Translations under genes and position numbers: made by a program | NCBI GenBank assembly: GCA_041645165.1 | Contig: JBAZQN010000012.1 | Coordinates: 636-64,635 of the forward strand | Length of the DNA stretch: 64,000 nucleotides | Source of the DNA: Patescibacteria group bacterium | Lineage (GTDB): Bacteria; Patescibacteriota; Patescibacteriia; 2-02-FULL-49-11 | Reading direction: 5' to 3' | The notes under the pieces: generated by a model | The model's database searches: none | What the model was told of the DNA's origin: nothing | The model's input: only the letters and a program-made list of their open reading frames with translations | In this document: in pieces, positions 20,067-29,925 of the stretch | How positions within the stretch are numbered: the first letter of the stretch is position 1 | Layout: each line of letters begins with the position of its first letter

Positions 20067-20181
20067 GCCCGCCTGCCAACGCCTGTCATTAATGAATGTA
20101 TTACTCTTGGTGTATGCACTTACTTTTATAATCGTTCTCTACCTAAAGGTAAGGCTATGGCGGGCAGGTATCATTCGCATG
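20067..20181 (+). repeat. Repeat family B copy 3 (immediately upstream of ychF, same orientation as copy 2)
   Basis: See copy 2; the two copies directly flank ychF as direct repeats. Confidence 0.7.
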
Positions 20182-20254
20182 GATTAGTATATTGGTATCT
20201 TATGTATTTTATCAATTCCTTGAATCTTCGTCACCTTTCTCGTAAGATGAAGCT

Positions 20255-20722
20255 ATGTATACTGTCGTGATTGATACCAATATACTTATCGCGGCGACCG
20301 AGGACCTAATGAATGCGGCGCGCGAGGTGATAAACCTCGTCATTAAAGGAGAGATTAAAGCGTTTGCCAGCCGCTCTATTTTAGACGAGAACCGTACTTT
20401 ATTGCAACAGCGCGTCGTGGCGGCAGCAGTGCGCAGGGAGCTGCAGGATTATTTCATGAAGGTGGTGCTCGTGCGGCAGGTGCGCAAGAGTATGCCGATG
20501 CTCTGTGAAGATCCGGAGGATGAAAAGTTCGTGCAATGCGTAAGGGCTGTAGAGCCTGAATATCTCATTACCCAGGATCGCCATTTGCTCGACCTTGAGG
20601 ATATTGGCACGACGCATGTAGTGACTCCGCAAGAATTTCTCTCAAACGTCAAGCGCGCGCAGGATCCTTTTGGGAGAGGCGAGTGGGCGGGGTGGGTGAA
20701 GCAATTATTGAAGAATGGCTAA
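20255..20722 (+). CDS. PIN-domain protein (TIGR00305-like putative toxin), solitary
   Basis: MYTVVIDTNILIAA... with the acidic residues of the PIN fold (D7, E, D); 155 aa; no recognizable antitoxin upstream. Confidence 0.7.
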   Translation: MYTVVIDTNILIAATEDLMNAAREVINLVIKGEIKAFASRSILDENRTLLQQRVVAAAVRRELQDYFMKVVLVRQVRKSMPMLCEDPEDEKFVQCVRAVEPEYLITQDRHLLDLEDIGTTHVVTPQEFLSNVKRAQDPFGRGEWAGWVKQLLKNG

Positions 20723-20772
20723 GTTAAAAAATGGTTAAATGGTTACATTGTTAATTGTTTATTTTTAATGTT

Positions 20773-20913
20773 ATGACGCGAAGAAAGTTACCGAAGAGCA
20801 TACGGAAATACATTCGTCTTGAAAAGGCGCGGCTTCGGCGCGCGATTACAGATTTGCGTGAACGGGAACAGAAGATCAGGGAACTATTAAAACAGTTTGG
20901 CGTTTCACCGTAG
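20773..20913 (+). CDS. Small basic coiled-coil ORF (46 aa) MTRRKLPKSIRKYIRLEKARLRRAITDLREREQKIRELLKQFGVSP
   Basis: Uninterrupted ATG-to-TAG frame below the track length cutoff, in the spacer between PIN and nudix; weak RBS. Confidence 0.3.
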   Translation: MTRRKLPKSIRKYIRLEKARLRRAITDLREREQKIRELLKQFGVSP

Positions 20914-21032
20914 CCCCTGTTTATGTATCAAAATACACATTATCTGCGTAAATCTGCGACCGCGCCGCAGGCGCGCCCCCCGCGAAGCGGGATCTGCGTT
21001 AATCTGCGATATGCGCACAGCGCATATGTTTC

Positions 21033-21539
21033 ATGAAACATACCCCGCCTTATCGTTATTGCATCAAATGCGGAGGGCTTTTCCATCCGCGCCGCGAAGG
21101 CCAGTACGTGCGCTGGGTGTGCACGCGCTGCAGCTACACTTTTTACGGCAATCCTCATCCGACGGTGGGATTGCTTCTTGTCTTCAGGAAAGAATTGTTA
21201 TTCGTGCGGCGCGCGGCGCCGCCTTTCCAAGGGTGGTGGGATTTGCCAGGGGGATTCGTGGAGCGCGGAGAATCGTTTGAAGCCGGGTTGAAGCGCGAAA
21301 TTTATGAGGAATTGGGCATTGCCGTGCCGCGATGTTCCTATTTCGGCAGTTTCGCCGATCTGTATCAAGGCGAGGCGACCTTGGCAGTATTATTCCTCAG
21401 CCGCATCATGCGGAAGCCATCAGTGAAGCCTACTGATGACATACAGGAAGCACAGTGGTTTCCTGTGCACGCGCCTCCTCAACGGTTAGCTTTTACGAAT
21501 AACAGGATTGCGGTGCGCATATTACGCAATGTCGTATGA
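21033..21539 (+). CDS. NUDIX hydrolase with N-terminal zinc-ribbon (NudC-like architecture)
   Basis: CIKCGG...CTRCS Zn-ribbon; Nudix box GGFVERGESFEAGLKREIYEELGI; start codon embedded in a 16-bp perfect palindrome ATGTTTCATGAAACAT. Confidence 0.85.
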   Translation: MKHTPPYRYCIKCGGLFHPRREGQYVRWVCTRCSYTFYGNPHPTVGLLLVFRKELLFVRRAAPPFQGWWDLPGGFVERGESFEAGLKREIYEELGIAVPRCSYFGSFADLYQGEATLAVLFLSRIMRKPSVKPTDDIQEAQWFPVHAPPQRLAFTNNRIAVRILRNVV

Positions 21540-22717
21540 CGAGCCAGCGCATATTATCAGTTACAGAATTCAACCGCATCGTTTCAGACTATCTGGAACA
21601 GGGGTTGGGGGCCGTGACGGTGCAGGGAGAGGTGACGGGGTTCAGGGTCGCGCGGGAGCGGCTGGTGTATTTCGAGCTGAAGGATGAACGCGCGCGGTGT
21701 TTGTGCTTCTCATTGACGCATGAGATGGCCCAGCCTCTCGAGGACGGGATGGAGGTGAAAGTGACGGGGGTGCCGAAAATATTCCAATCAACCGGGGGAT
21801 TCCACTTGCGCGTGCAGGCGGTGGAATTGGTGGGGGAAGGCGCGCTGCAAAAAGCCTTTTTAATGCTCAAGAAAAAACTTGAGGGAGAGGGGTTGTTTGA
21901 AGAGCGATGGAAAGTCTCCCCCCCGCGGTTTCCTGAACGCATCGGCATCATCACCTCTCCCACCGCCGCGGCGTATACTGACATTCTGCGGAGGCTCAAT
22001 GAGCGCTGGGGAGGATTGACCATTACCCTCGCGCCCGTGGCCGTGCAAGGAGCGAGCGCCGTGGGCGAGATTGTAGGCGCGGTCAAATATTTAAACGAAA
22101 GCCATCCGGTCGACATCATTATCCTCACCCGTGGCGGGGGGTCGATGGAAGATTTGCAGGCATTCAACAGCGAGCCGGTCGCCCGCGCGGTGTTTGCCTC
22201 GAAGATTCCCGTTATTTGCGGGGTGGGACATGAGCGCGATGTGACGCTTGCGGATTTTGTTGCAGACGTGCGCGCGTCAACTCCCACGAATGCCGCGGAG
22301 CTGGTGGTGCCTCATCGAAGGGAGATTATACAAGATCTTGCCAATAAAGAAGCGACGCTTGTCGAGGCACTTGAACGCGAACTGCATGAGCGCGCGCACC
22401 AGATTTCACGCATGCTTACGAGCGCTTGGCACGCGATTGAATTCCACATGCAGGAGGTGAAAGGGTTATGCGCACGGTTCCAGCTCTCTTTAAGCCATAT
22501 TGCGCATATCCAGCTGCGTTTTGAAGAGCGGGTGGCGCAGCTGTCGCGCCGACTTCATGCGCTCTCTCCCCAGGAAACCTTAAAACGCGGGTATTCCATC
22601 ACGCGCGTGAAAGGCGCCATCATGCGAGAGGCGACAGGGATTATGGAGGGTGATATAATGGAGACGCAACTCTCTAAGGGTACAGTTTCTTCGCGTGTAG
22701 GGCAGGTTAATAGCTGA
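21536..22717 (+). CDS. xseA: Exodeoxyribonuclease VII large subunit
   Basis: 393 aa; N-terminal OB fold (ILSVTEFNRIVSDYLE...VTVQGEVTGF), catalytic core; 4-bp ATGA overlap with nudix; xseB follows. Confidence 0.92.
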   Translation: MTSQRILSVTEFNRIVSDYLEQGLGAVTVQGEVTGFRVARERLVYFELKDERARCLCFSLTHEMAQPLEDGMEVKVTGVPKIFQSTGGFHLRVQAVELVGEGALQKAFLMLKKKLEGEGLFEERWKVSPPRFPERIGIITSPTAAAYTDILRRLNERWGGLTITLAPVAVQGASAVGEIVGAVKYLNESHPVDIIILTRGGGSMEDLQAFNSEPVARAVFASKIPVICGVGHERDVTLADFVADVRASTPTNAAELVVPHRREIIQDLANKEATLVEALERELHERAHQISRMLTSAWHAIEFHMQEVKGLCARFQLSLSHIAHIQLRFEERVAQLSRRLHALSPQETLKRGYSITRVKGAIMREATGIMEGDIMETQLSKGTVSSRVGQVNS

Positions 22718-22841
22718 ATAAGTATTAAAAATAGTCTTTAATTCAAAACGTAAATCTTATAACTCGAAACCACAACTCGAATCGTAAAGCTATTTAGTTT
22801 TGAGATATGGATTTGACATTTGAGCTTTGAGATTACACATT

Positions 22842-23093
22842 ATGCCGAGACCAAAAGTCAATTTTGTAAAATCATTTGAAGAGTTGGAGAAGATCGTGGC
22901 GAAGTTTGAAGAAGGCCGCATTGATCTGGACGAGGCGCTTGTGGAATTCGAGCGCGGATTGAAGCTGGTGGATGAATTGAAAGGGCGGCTAAAGGAAGTG
23001 GAGAATAAGGTGGTGGTGTTGAAGAAGCAGTTTAAGAACAGTAATGAGGAGACGGAGAAAGAAGAGACGGAAGCGGAAGAAGAATCACAGTAA
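22842..23093 (+). CDS. xseB: Exodeoxyribonuclease VII small subunit
   Basis: MPRPKVNFVKSFEELEKIVAKFEEGRIDLDEALVEFERGLKL matches XseB; acidic tail; track ORF 22827 has a 5-codon upstream extension. Confidence 0.9.
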   Translation: MPRPKVNFVKSFEELEKIVAKFEEGRIDLDEALVEFERGLKLVDELKGRLKEVENKVVVLKKQFKNSNEETEKEETEAEEESQ

Positions 23094-23117
23094 TGCAAAA
23101 CTCAAAATTATTATGGA

Positions 23118-23134
23118 GTCCCGCGGAGCGGGAC
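23118..23134. repeat. Repeat family E minimal unit: gtcccgc-gga-gcgggac hairpin inside a 95-bp module duplicated at 44066-44163
   Basis: Module gcaaaactcaaaattat(t)atggagtcccgc(g/a)gagcgggac...cattttg(g/a)tttttg...aaggtatg appears upstream of both the pilB-like and tlpA-like genes, ending at the start codon. Confidence 0.65.
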
Positions 23135-23188
23135 GAAATACCTTCATTTTGGTTTTTGACTTTTGGTTTTTGACTTTCACATTAAGGT

Positions 23189-24367
23189 ATGCCCAAAGCG
23201 CAGTTTCCCATGAGCGAATCCGCCACGAATGTGGTGAACTCGTATATTGATGAAGCATTGAGGCTCAACGCGTCAGACGTGCATATTGAGCCGGACGCCA
23301 CGCATGTGCGCATTCGGTTCCGTATCGACGGCACCCTGCGCGAAGCAGGGAGCGAGGACACCGATTTCCTTCCGACGCTCGTATCCCGCATCAAGGTGCT
23401 CTCCAACCTCGATATTTCGGAAACGCGCATTCCCCAGGACGGGCGGTTTCAGCTCAAAAAAGGCGGCAAGGAGCTTGATGTGCGCGTGTCCGTGTTTCCC
23501 ACAAGTTATGGCGAGTGCGTGGTCATGCGTCTTTTGGATTTAAGCCGCGCGCTGCTCAGCTTTGACCAATTAGGCGTGCGGGGGAATGATTTAGACAGGC
23601 TCCAGCGCATGGTGAGCAAACCAAACGGCCTTCTCCTGGTGACCGGCCCCACCGGATCGGGGAAAACGACTTCGCTTTTTTCATTTTTAAATACCATCAC
23701 TACGCCGGAGAAATGCGTGGTCACGCTCGAGGACCCTATCGAGTATCGCCTGCCTAACATCCGCCAAACGCAGGTAGATTACGATATCGGGCTTACGTTT
23801 GCGAAAGGATTGAGGGGACTCTTTCGCCAGAATCCCGATATTATCATGGTCGGCGAGATCCGCGACCAGGAAACCGCGCAGATAGCGGTAGAAGCAGCGC
23901 TCACCGGCCACCTCGTGCTCACGACGCTGCATACGAATGACGCTATTGGCGCGGTGGCACGCCTCGTGAATATGGGCACTGAGCCGTTCCTCATCGGTTC
24001 CTCCCTTATCGGCGTGATTGCCCAGCGTTTGGTGCGCAAGGTGTGCGAAGTTTGCGGTAAGGAATTCCATCCGCCGCAAACGCTATTGGAGGATCTGGGA
24101 ATGCACGAAAAAGACGCGGTGTTCCGCAGGGGGGAAAAGTGCGATGCGTGCGCGTTTACCGGATATCGCGGCCGGAGCGGCATCTTTGAGGTTCTTGAGG
24201 TGACCAAGGAGATAGAGACCATGATTATCGCGCGCGAGCCGATCGAACACATTGAAACGAACGCGCGAAGGAGTGGCATGAAGAGCCTTCGAGAAAACGG
24301 GCTCTCGCTCGCACGGGAAGGCTTTACAACTCTGGAGGAAATAGTGCGGCTGACGAGGAAAGGATGA
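23189..24367 (+). CDS. Type IV pilus / type II secretion ATPase, compact GspE/PilB family
   Basis: Walker A LLVTGPTGSGKTTSL, Asp box, Walker B IIMVGEIRD, His box TLHTND, tetracysteine CEVCGKEFHPP...CDAC; 392 aa, lacking the long N-terminal domains. Confidence 0.88.
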   Translation: MPKAQFPMSESATNVVNSYIDEALRLNASDVHIEPDATHVRIRFRIDGTLREAGSEDTDFLPTLVSRIKVLSNLDISETRIPQDGRFQLKKGGKELDVRVSVFPTSYGECVVMRLLDLSRALLSFDQLGVRGNDLDRLQRMVSKPNGLLLVTGPTGSGKTTSLFSFLNTITTPEKCVVTLEDPIEYRLPNIRQTQVDYDIGLTFAKGLRGLFRQNPDIIMVGEIRDQETAQIAVEAALTGHLVLTTLHTNDAIGAVARLVNMGTEPFLIGSSLIGVIAQRLVRKVCEVCGKEFHPPQTLLEDLGMHEKDAVFRRGEKCDACAFTGYRGRSGIFEVLEVTKEIETMIIAREPIEHIETNARRSGMKSLRENGLSLAREGFTTLEEIVRLTRKG

Positions 24368-24577
24368 AGAGAGTGAAGAAGCGAGAATTTAGAATTAAAA
24401 ATTTAGCAGTAACTGCTCACTAACCCTCGACACCCCCACCACACCTCCCCCTTGTTAGGGGGAGGACAATCGTTGTTCTCCCCTGCCTGCGCAGGCAGGC
24501 CTGCCAGGGGGAGATGCAAAAGAGGGGGCTCCACTGCGGGATTGGAGAATGCCCCAGTGAGCAGTTACATTTAGCAC

Positions 24578-25105
<528 letters not shown>

Positions 25106-25200
25106 TGTAAAAATCAAAAGTCATAGTTCGACTCGGCTCACCATGACACAGAACGATTATCATCCTGAGCCGAGTCGATGAGATTACATTTTGAATTATA

Positions 25201-26334
25201 ATGATGCGTTTTTTGCTTTCCGTCGCTACCCTAGTAGGTACCATCGTAGGGGTTGGAATGTTTGGGCTGCCGGCAGTAACCGCGGAAGCGGGGTGGCTCT
25301 CCATCGCCGTGATTGCGCTCATCGTCTTGCCCTTAGTGGTGATCACCCATCTTGCCTACGCCCACGTGGTGGTGCTTACTTCAAGCCGCGCCCGTTTGCC
25401 CGGCTATGCAGGATTATGGCTTGGGAAACCAGCGAAATATGTGGCATTTGTTTCTCAAGCGTTGGGATTGGTAGGCTCTTCTCTGGCGTATCTCATGGTG
25501 GGCGGTTCGTTCCTCGCGCAGTTTATCAGTAGCGTGTTGCCGATACCGTTTTGGGCGGGAGTAGCCATTTTTTTTCTCGCAGGAGCGGTGCTGGTGTGGC
25601 GGGGGACGAAGAGCATCGCACGCGCAGAGCTTGTAATGGTGGGGATCATGTTGTGTGCCATTGTGGTGCTGGGGATCGCGGCCCTGCCCTCGTTTAGAAG
25701 CGCAAATCTTGCCGCTATTCCTTTCACCGGCGCACCATGGCGCGCGTATGGCGTGCTCATTTTTTCTCTGTGGGGAATGTCAGTCATTCCTGAAGTGGCA
25801 GAGGTATCATCGCGCCGGAATTTAGGCGAGGTGGTGGCGGGCGGAGTTATTCTTTCCTTCCTTGCGTCTGCGCTCTTCGTGCTCATTGCCCTGGGGGTGA
25901 GCGACGGCGCCATTTCCGCGGACGCGCTTAGCTCATTAAGCATGCACCTTGGGAAAGGGGTGAGACTGTTCGGATTCGGATTCGGCGTACTCGCCACCTT
26001 TACGTCATACCTCACGCTCACCCGCGTCACCGTGGATATGCTGCGATATGATTTCCGCATTGGCACCGTCGTATCATTTATCTCGGCAACGGTTATCCCC
26101 CTCATACTCCTCCTCATGGGATTCAATGATTTTATCACCGTGCTTGCGATCACCGGCGCCGTCAGCCTTGGTATAGAAGGCATTCTCGTGATGATGATCG
26201 AGGAGCATGCGGTCCGAGAGCGCCCGCAGCAGAAGATATTTCATATGCCGTCCTTCGTGAGAAATACGGTGATTTTATTATTATGCATCGGTATTTCCCT
26301 TGAGCTTCTTGCGACCATAGGGGTATTGAAATAG
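25201..26334 (+). CDS. Amino-acid permease-like membrane transporter (APC/HAAAP superfamily)
   Basis: 377 aa, about 11 TM helices, N-terminal GVGMFGLP motif typical of Tyr/Trp/Ser-type permeases. Confidence 0.6.
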   Translation: MMRFLLSVATLVGTIVGVGMFGLPAVTAEAGWLSIAVIALIVLPLVVITHLAYAHVVVLTSSRARLPGYAGLWLGKPAKYVAFVSQALGLVGSSLAYLMVGGSFLAQFISSVLPIPFWAGVAIFFLAGAVLVWRGTKSIARAELVMVGIMLCAIVVLGIAALPSFRSANLAAIPFTGAPWRAYGVLIFSLWGMSVIPEVAEVSSRRNLGEVVAGGVILSFLASALFVLIALGVSDGAISADALSSLSMHLGKGVRLFGFGFGVLATFTSYLTLTRVTVDMLRYDFRIGTVVSFISATVIPLILLLMGFNDFITVLAITGAVSLGIEGILVMMIEEHAVRERPQQKIFHMPSFVRNTVILLLCIGISLELLATIGVLK

Positions 26335-26375
26335 CAGCTTGCCAATGATCTGCCTGCGATATACACTTTCATTAG

Positions 26376-29300
26376 ATGAACACTTTATTACATAATGAAA
26401 AATTTTCACAGGTTTCAAAACGAAACCTGATACATGAGCACGTTCTCCTCTGCCGGTTTTTGTTGCCTTTAAGCATTCTCCTCTCTTTCATATTTCTCCC
26501 ACCCTCCGCACAATCCGCCTCATGCCTCCCCCTTCCTTCAGACGCCGCACACTGGTGGCGCGCCGAAGGCAATGCGCAGGACAGCCTGGGCTTAAACCAC
26601 GGCGCCTTGGAAGGAGGCACTCTCTATGAAGCCGGTAAAGTAGGTCAGGGATTTAGCTTTGACGGCATTGACGATCTGGTGCAGATACCCACCCAAGGAT
26701 TCCCCGCAGGAGCAAGCGATCGCACCCTGGAAGTATGGGTTAAGATTGACGCCCTGGTTGTCCAGGAGGCGTATTTTGCAGGCTACGGCCTGTTCGGCGC
26801 CACTGGCGCGTCGTACAATATTGGCGCAAGCTTCGGCAGGCTCTATTTCTCCTCATGGGGGCCTGACCTGTTCGGGCCGCAGGTCGAGTTAGGACAGTGG
26901 CACCACGTTGCCGTGACCAATGTCGGCAGCTTCGTCACGCTCTACCTCGATGGCGTGTCCGTGAACAGCGCTTCACTCCCCATCGATGTCCCCCCTGAAG
27001 GCACGCAGTTCTTTATAGGTAAGGTCGGAGGGGAGTACGGCGATATCAGGCGGCTGCAAGGCCAGGTGGATGAGGTGAGCCTCTACACCCGCGCCCTCAC
27101 GGCTGAAGAAATTGCCGCCATCTATCAGGCAGGCTCTTTAGGCAAATGTGCTCCAGGATCACCCGCGAACCACCCTCCCATCCTCTCCTTTTCGCAAGAG
27201 ACCGGCTATGTCACCGACGGCATCAATCCTGACAAGGGCACAGCCAATCTTACTCCACTCGCCTTCAAAGTCATCTACACCGACCACGACAACGACCCGC
27301 CGCAGAGTCTCTTACTCCACATCGATACCGGCACCGTCAATCTTGACCCCATCCCTCTCATTCCCGATACTGGCGACACTGTTCCCTCCATACTCAAAGA
27401 CGGCAACTTTTCCAACGGCGAACAGTACGCTTACACCAGCACCTTCCCCAAGGGAAATTACCAATACCATTTCGAAACCAGCGACGGCGAAACAACCGCG
27501 CGTCTGCCTGCTGCAGGTGAGTTGAACTTTACTGTCGATTACCAGCCAGTCATCCTCATCCATGGGATTGCAGGATCAAGGAACTTGGACGTGATGTTCG
27601 GGGGCATCCTTTCCAATAACTGGAAACTCAACGGCAATGCCTACCTAGATCTTATACACACTCTTACCGATGCGGGATATACACAAGGACAAGATTTATT
27701 CATTGCCTTTTACGACTGGCGCCAAGATAACGCCCAGTCGGCCGCGCAGTACCTTGTTCCTATTATTGACGAAGCAAAGAGCAGGACCGGGCAAAGCAAA
27801 GTGGATATTGTGGCGCATTCAATGGGGGGGCTAGTCGCCCGAAGCTATATCCAAAGCGCCGGGTATCGTAACGACGTGGATCAACTCTTACTCATTGGCA
27901 CCCCGAATCAAGGCTCGAGTGATTCATATCTAATTTGGGAGGGAGGGCAATTGCCGGAGGATTGGAGTTCATCTATGAAATGGATTGTAAGGGCATACGT
28001 CGAGTATCTACGTGACAAATTATTCCCCCCACAAACCACTGTAAGCGCTATTCAAGAAAATATTCCCTCTATTGGCCAACTCCTCCCCACCTACGGTTTT
28101 CTTGTTGAGAATGATACTAACAATGTCATCACGCTCGCGAACCCTTATCTTGACGGCCTGAATGCAGGGATCGGCACGCTTTCTCCGCGCGTAGGCGACC
28201 TCCTCGTAATTGCTGGAGATGAGGTGGCCACGATTGAAAAAATCCTTGTGGAAGATCGAAGTTCTATAGATGCACTCCAAAATCAATGGGAACATGGTAA
28301 GCCGAATCCGAATCCTCCCCTGAAAGACTCCCAAGACGGCGACAACCGTGTCTTGCTTTCCAGCGCTTCAATTCTTAGCGTCACCCGACTGTTATACGGG
28401 AACGGCAGACACGACCGTTTGCCCACACTTGCTCAGCAGGACGTGGTAGAGGCGCTTATGGGTACCCGTCCATCCACTATCTACGATACTCCTGATCCGT
28501 CTCGCATTTTGGGCGTTATGGTGGCCTCTCCTGTGGAAATTGAGATAACGGACAGTGAAGGGAAGATGGTCTCCAGAACACTCTCCGAAATTCCCGGTGC
28601 CGAGTTTGACGCAGAAACCAATCCCATGGGCGTCAAGATGATCATGATTCCTGATCCAGGTGATGGCGTTTACACTATCAAACTCGCCGGCACTGACAAT
28701 GGCACCTATCACCTGATTACTGCTTTCATCGATGAAGACACGGACTCGTCCAAAACGTTCACCGGAGAGGCGCGAATGGACGAAATCATTGAATATCGAA
28801 TCATACTTAATGGTGAGAGCAATGAAATTCCTCTCGTCACAGAGATCATTGACGGAGAGCCGCCCGCGGCGGTCATCACGCAACCTCAAGATAACTCAAC
28901 TCATTCTGACGCCGAGATTCTCCCAATGGAGCTGGTGAGCGCCGATCGCCTCTCGGGGATTAAGGAATCAAGGCTCTTTTTTGACGGCGCCGTCTTTGCC
29001 GCTTCCCCCACGCCCACCACCACCGCATCCGCTGATCTCTCTCTCGTGTCCCTCGGTATGCATACCGTCAGGGGCGAGGCGGATGACCGCGCAGGCAACA
29101 CCACGTCAACGGAAGTCACTATCATCTCCATAACCTCCTTTGACGATACTATCCGGAACATTGAACATTACGAAACGCTTGGTTTGCTCAGCATACAGCC
29201 CAAGGTGAAGCAATTTCTAGTCGTTCAGCTCAAGGCCGCCAAGACGCTGGCTCAGCAGTACGTTAAGCGCCCCCTCCCGAAGTTAAAGATTGCCGTCAAT

Positions 29301-29414
29301 ACCATTCTCTTAACTTTGACTAAAGAAGTTGAGATCCTGGAGCAGATAGGCATGATTGATCCCCGAGCGGCAAGTCATCTCAAGGAAGCCTTTGTGTTTT
29401 TGAAGATTCCTTAA
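26376..29414 (+). CDS. Large secreted multidomain protein: LamG/ConA-like lectin domain, alpha/beta-hydrolase lipase domain (AHSMGG), C-terminal beta-sandwich region
   Basis: Signal-like LLCRFLLPLSILLSFIFLPPSAQSA; LamG_3-type segment (TLEVWVKIDAL...HVAVTNVGSFVTLYLDGVS...DEVSLYTRALTAEEIAAIY); lipase core VILIHGIAGS...DIVAHSMGGLVARSYI; 1012 aa. Confidence 0.8.
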   Translation: MNTLLHNEKFSQVSKRNLIHEHVLLCRFLLPLSILLSFIFLPPSAQSASCLPLPSDAAHWWRAEGNAQDSLGLNHGALEGGTLYEAGKVGQGFSFDGIDDLVQIPTQGFPAGASDRTLEVWVKIDALVVQEAYFAGYGLFGATGASYNIGASFGRLYFSSWGPDLFGPQVELGQWHHVAVTNVGSFVTLYLDGVSVNSASLPIDVPPEGTQFFIGKVGGEYGDIRRLQGQVDEVSLYTRALTAEEIAAIYQAGSLGKCAPGSPANHPPILSFSQETGYVTDGINPDKGTANLTPLAFKVIYTDHDNDPPQSLLLHIDTGTVNLDPIPLIPDTGDTVPSILKDGNFSNGEQYAYTSTFPKGNYQYHFETSDGETTARLPAAGELNFTVDYQPVILIHGIAGSRNLDVMFGGILSNNWKLNGNAYLDLIHTLTDAGYTQGQDLFIAFYDWRQDNAQSAAQYLVPIIDEAKSRTGQSKVDIVAHSMGGLVARSYIQSAGYRNDVDQLLLIGTPNQGSSDSYLIWEGGQLPEDWSSSMKWIVRAYVEYLRDKLFPPQTTVSAIQENIPSIGQLLPTYGFLVENDTNNVITLANPYLDGLNAGIGTLSPRVGDLLVIAGDEVATIEKILVEDRSSIDALQNQWEHGKPNPNPPLKDSQDGDNRVLLSSASILSVTRLLYGNGRHDRLPTLAQQDVVEALMGTRPSTIYDTPDPSRILGVMVASPVEIEITDSEGKMVSRTLSEIPGAEFDAETNPMGVKMIMIPDPGDGVYTIKLAGTDNGTYHLITAFIDEDTDSSKTFTGEARMDEIIEYRIILNGESNEIPLVTEIIDGEPPAAVITQPQDNSTHSDAEILPMELVSADRLSGIKESRLFFDGAVFAASPTPTTTASADLSLVSLGMHTVRGEADDRAGNTTSTEVTIISITSFDDTIRNIEHYETLGLLSIQPKVKQFLVVQLKAAKTLAQQYVKRPLPKLKIAVNTILLTLTKEVEILEQIGMIDPRAASHLKEAFVFLKIP

Positions 29415-29448
29415 GTTCATTAATACCAATAATAATTTTATCTGTCTT

Positions 29449-29820
29449 ATGGAATCGAAACAGTCATTATCGCATCCTACTATACCAACTACGACAGGAA
29501 GGGTAAAAAAAGTATCGTTAAGGTTCATTATAGCCGTAATTTTATTTATTATTTTACTTTTTACTTATTTCATTGCCAAGGATCTTTTTATTAGTATAAC
29601 CGTCGTGCTATTTTGGCCATTTTCAATTTCTCTCTCGCTATTTTTAATTCTTTCCCCTTTTATTTATATTTGGAGGCTAAAGAAGAGCTGGAGCTTTTTA
29701 AATATATGCATTGCGCTCATCAGCGCTGTCATCCTCACTATAGTAGTATATTTTGGTTGGGTCGTTTTTTTAAACTACATGTTTGATGTTATGGGCGAAG
29801 CACTCTTGAGCACATTTTAA
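29449..29820 (+). CDS. Small polytopic membrane protein (123 aa), family 1 of the AT-rich island
   Basis: About 30% GC; 3-4 TM helices; paralog of 31028-31342. Confidence 0.55.
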   Translation: MESKQSLSHPTIPTTTGRVKKVSLRFIIAVILFIILLFTYFIAKDLFISITVVLFWPFSISLSLFLILSPFIYIWRLKKSWSFLNICIALISAVILTIVVYFGWVVFLNYMFDVMGEALLSTF

Positions 29821-29925
29821 AAGTGCCATTTCTGCGGGCTTGTTGGGTCTTTTATATGAAAGTCACTAAACCACAACAGTTGTATATATTAATAATAGTA
29901 TCATTAAGATTTTGGGTTTTAAATA

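Noticed and set aside
18941-20119. Long N-terminal extensions in ORF-track calls (ychF 20119, rpe 39983, rpiB 39296, tlpA 44128, methylase 17250, RodZ-like 12857, 36217-38199, 35464-36168)
   Set aside because: The extensions are translations of repeat elements B, C, E or MITE A using TTG/GTG or upstream ATG; conserved protein N-termini begin at the internal Met directly after the repeat.
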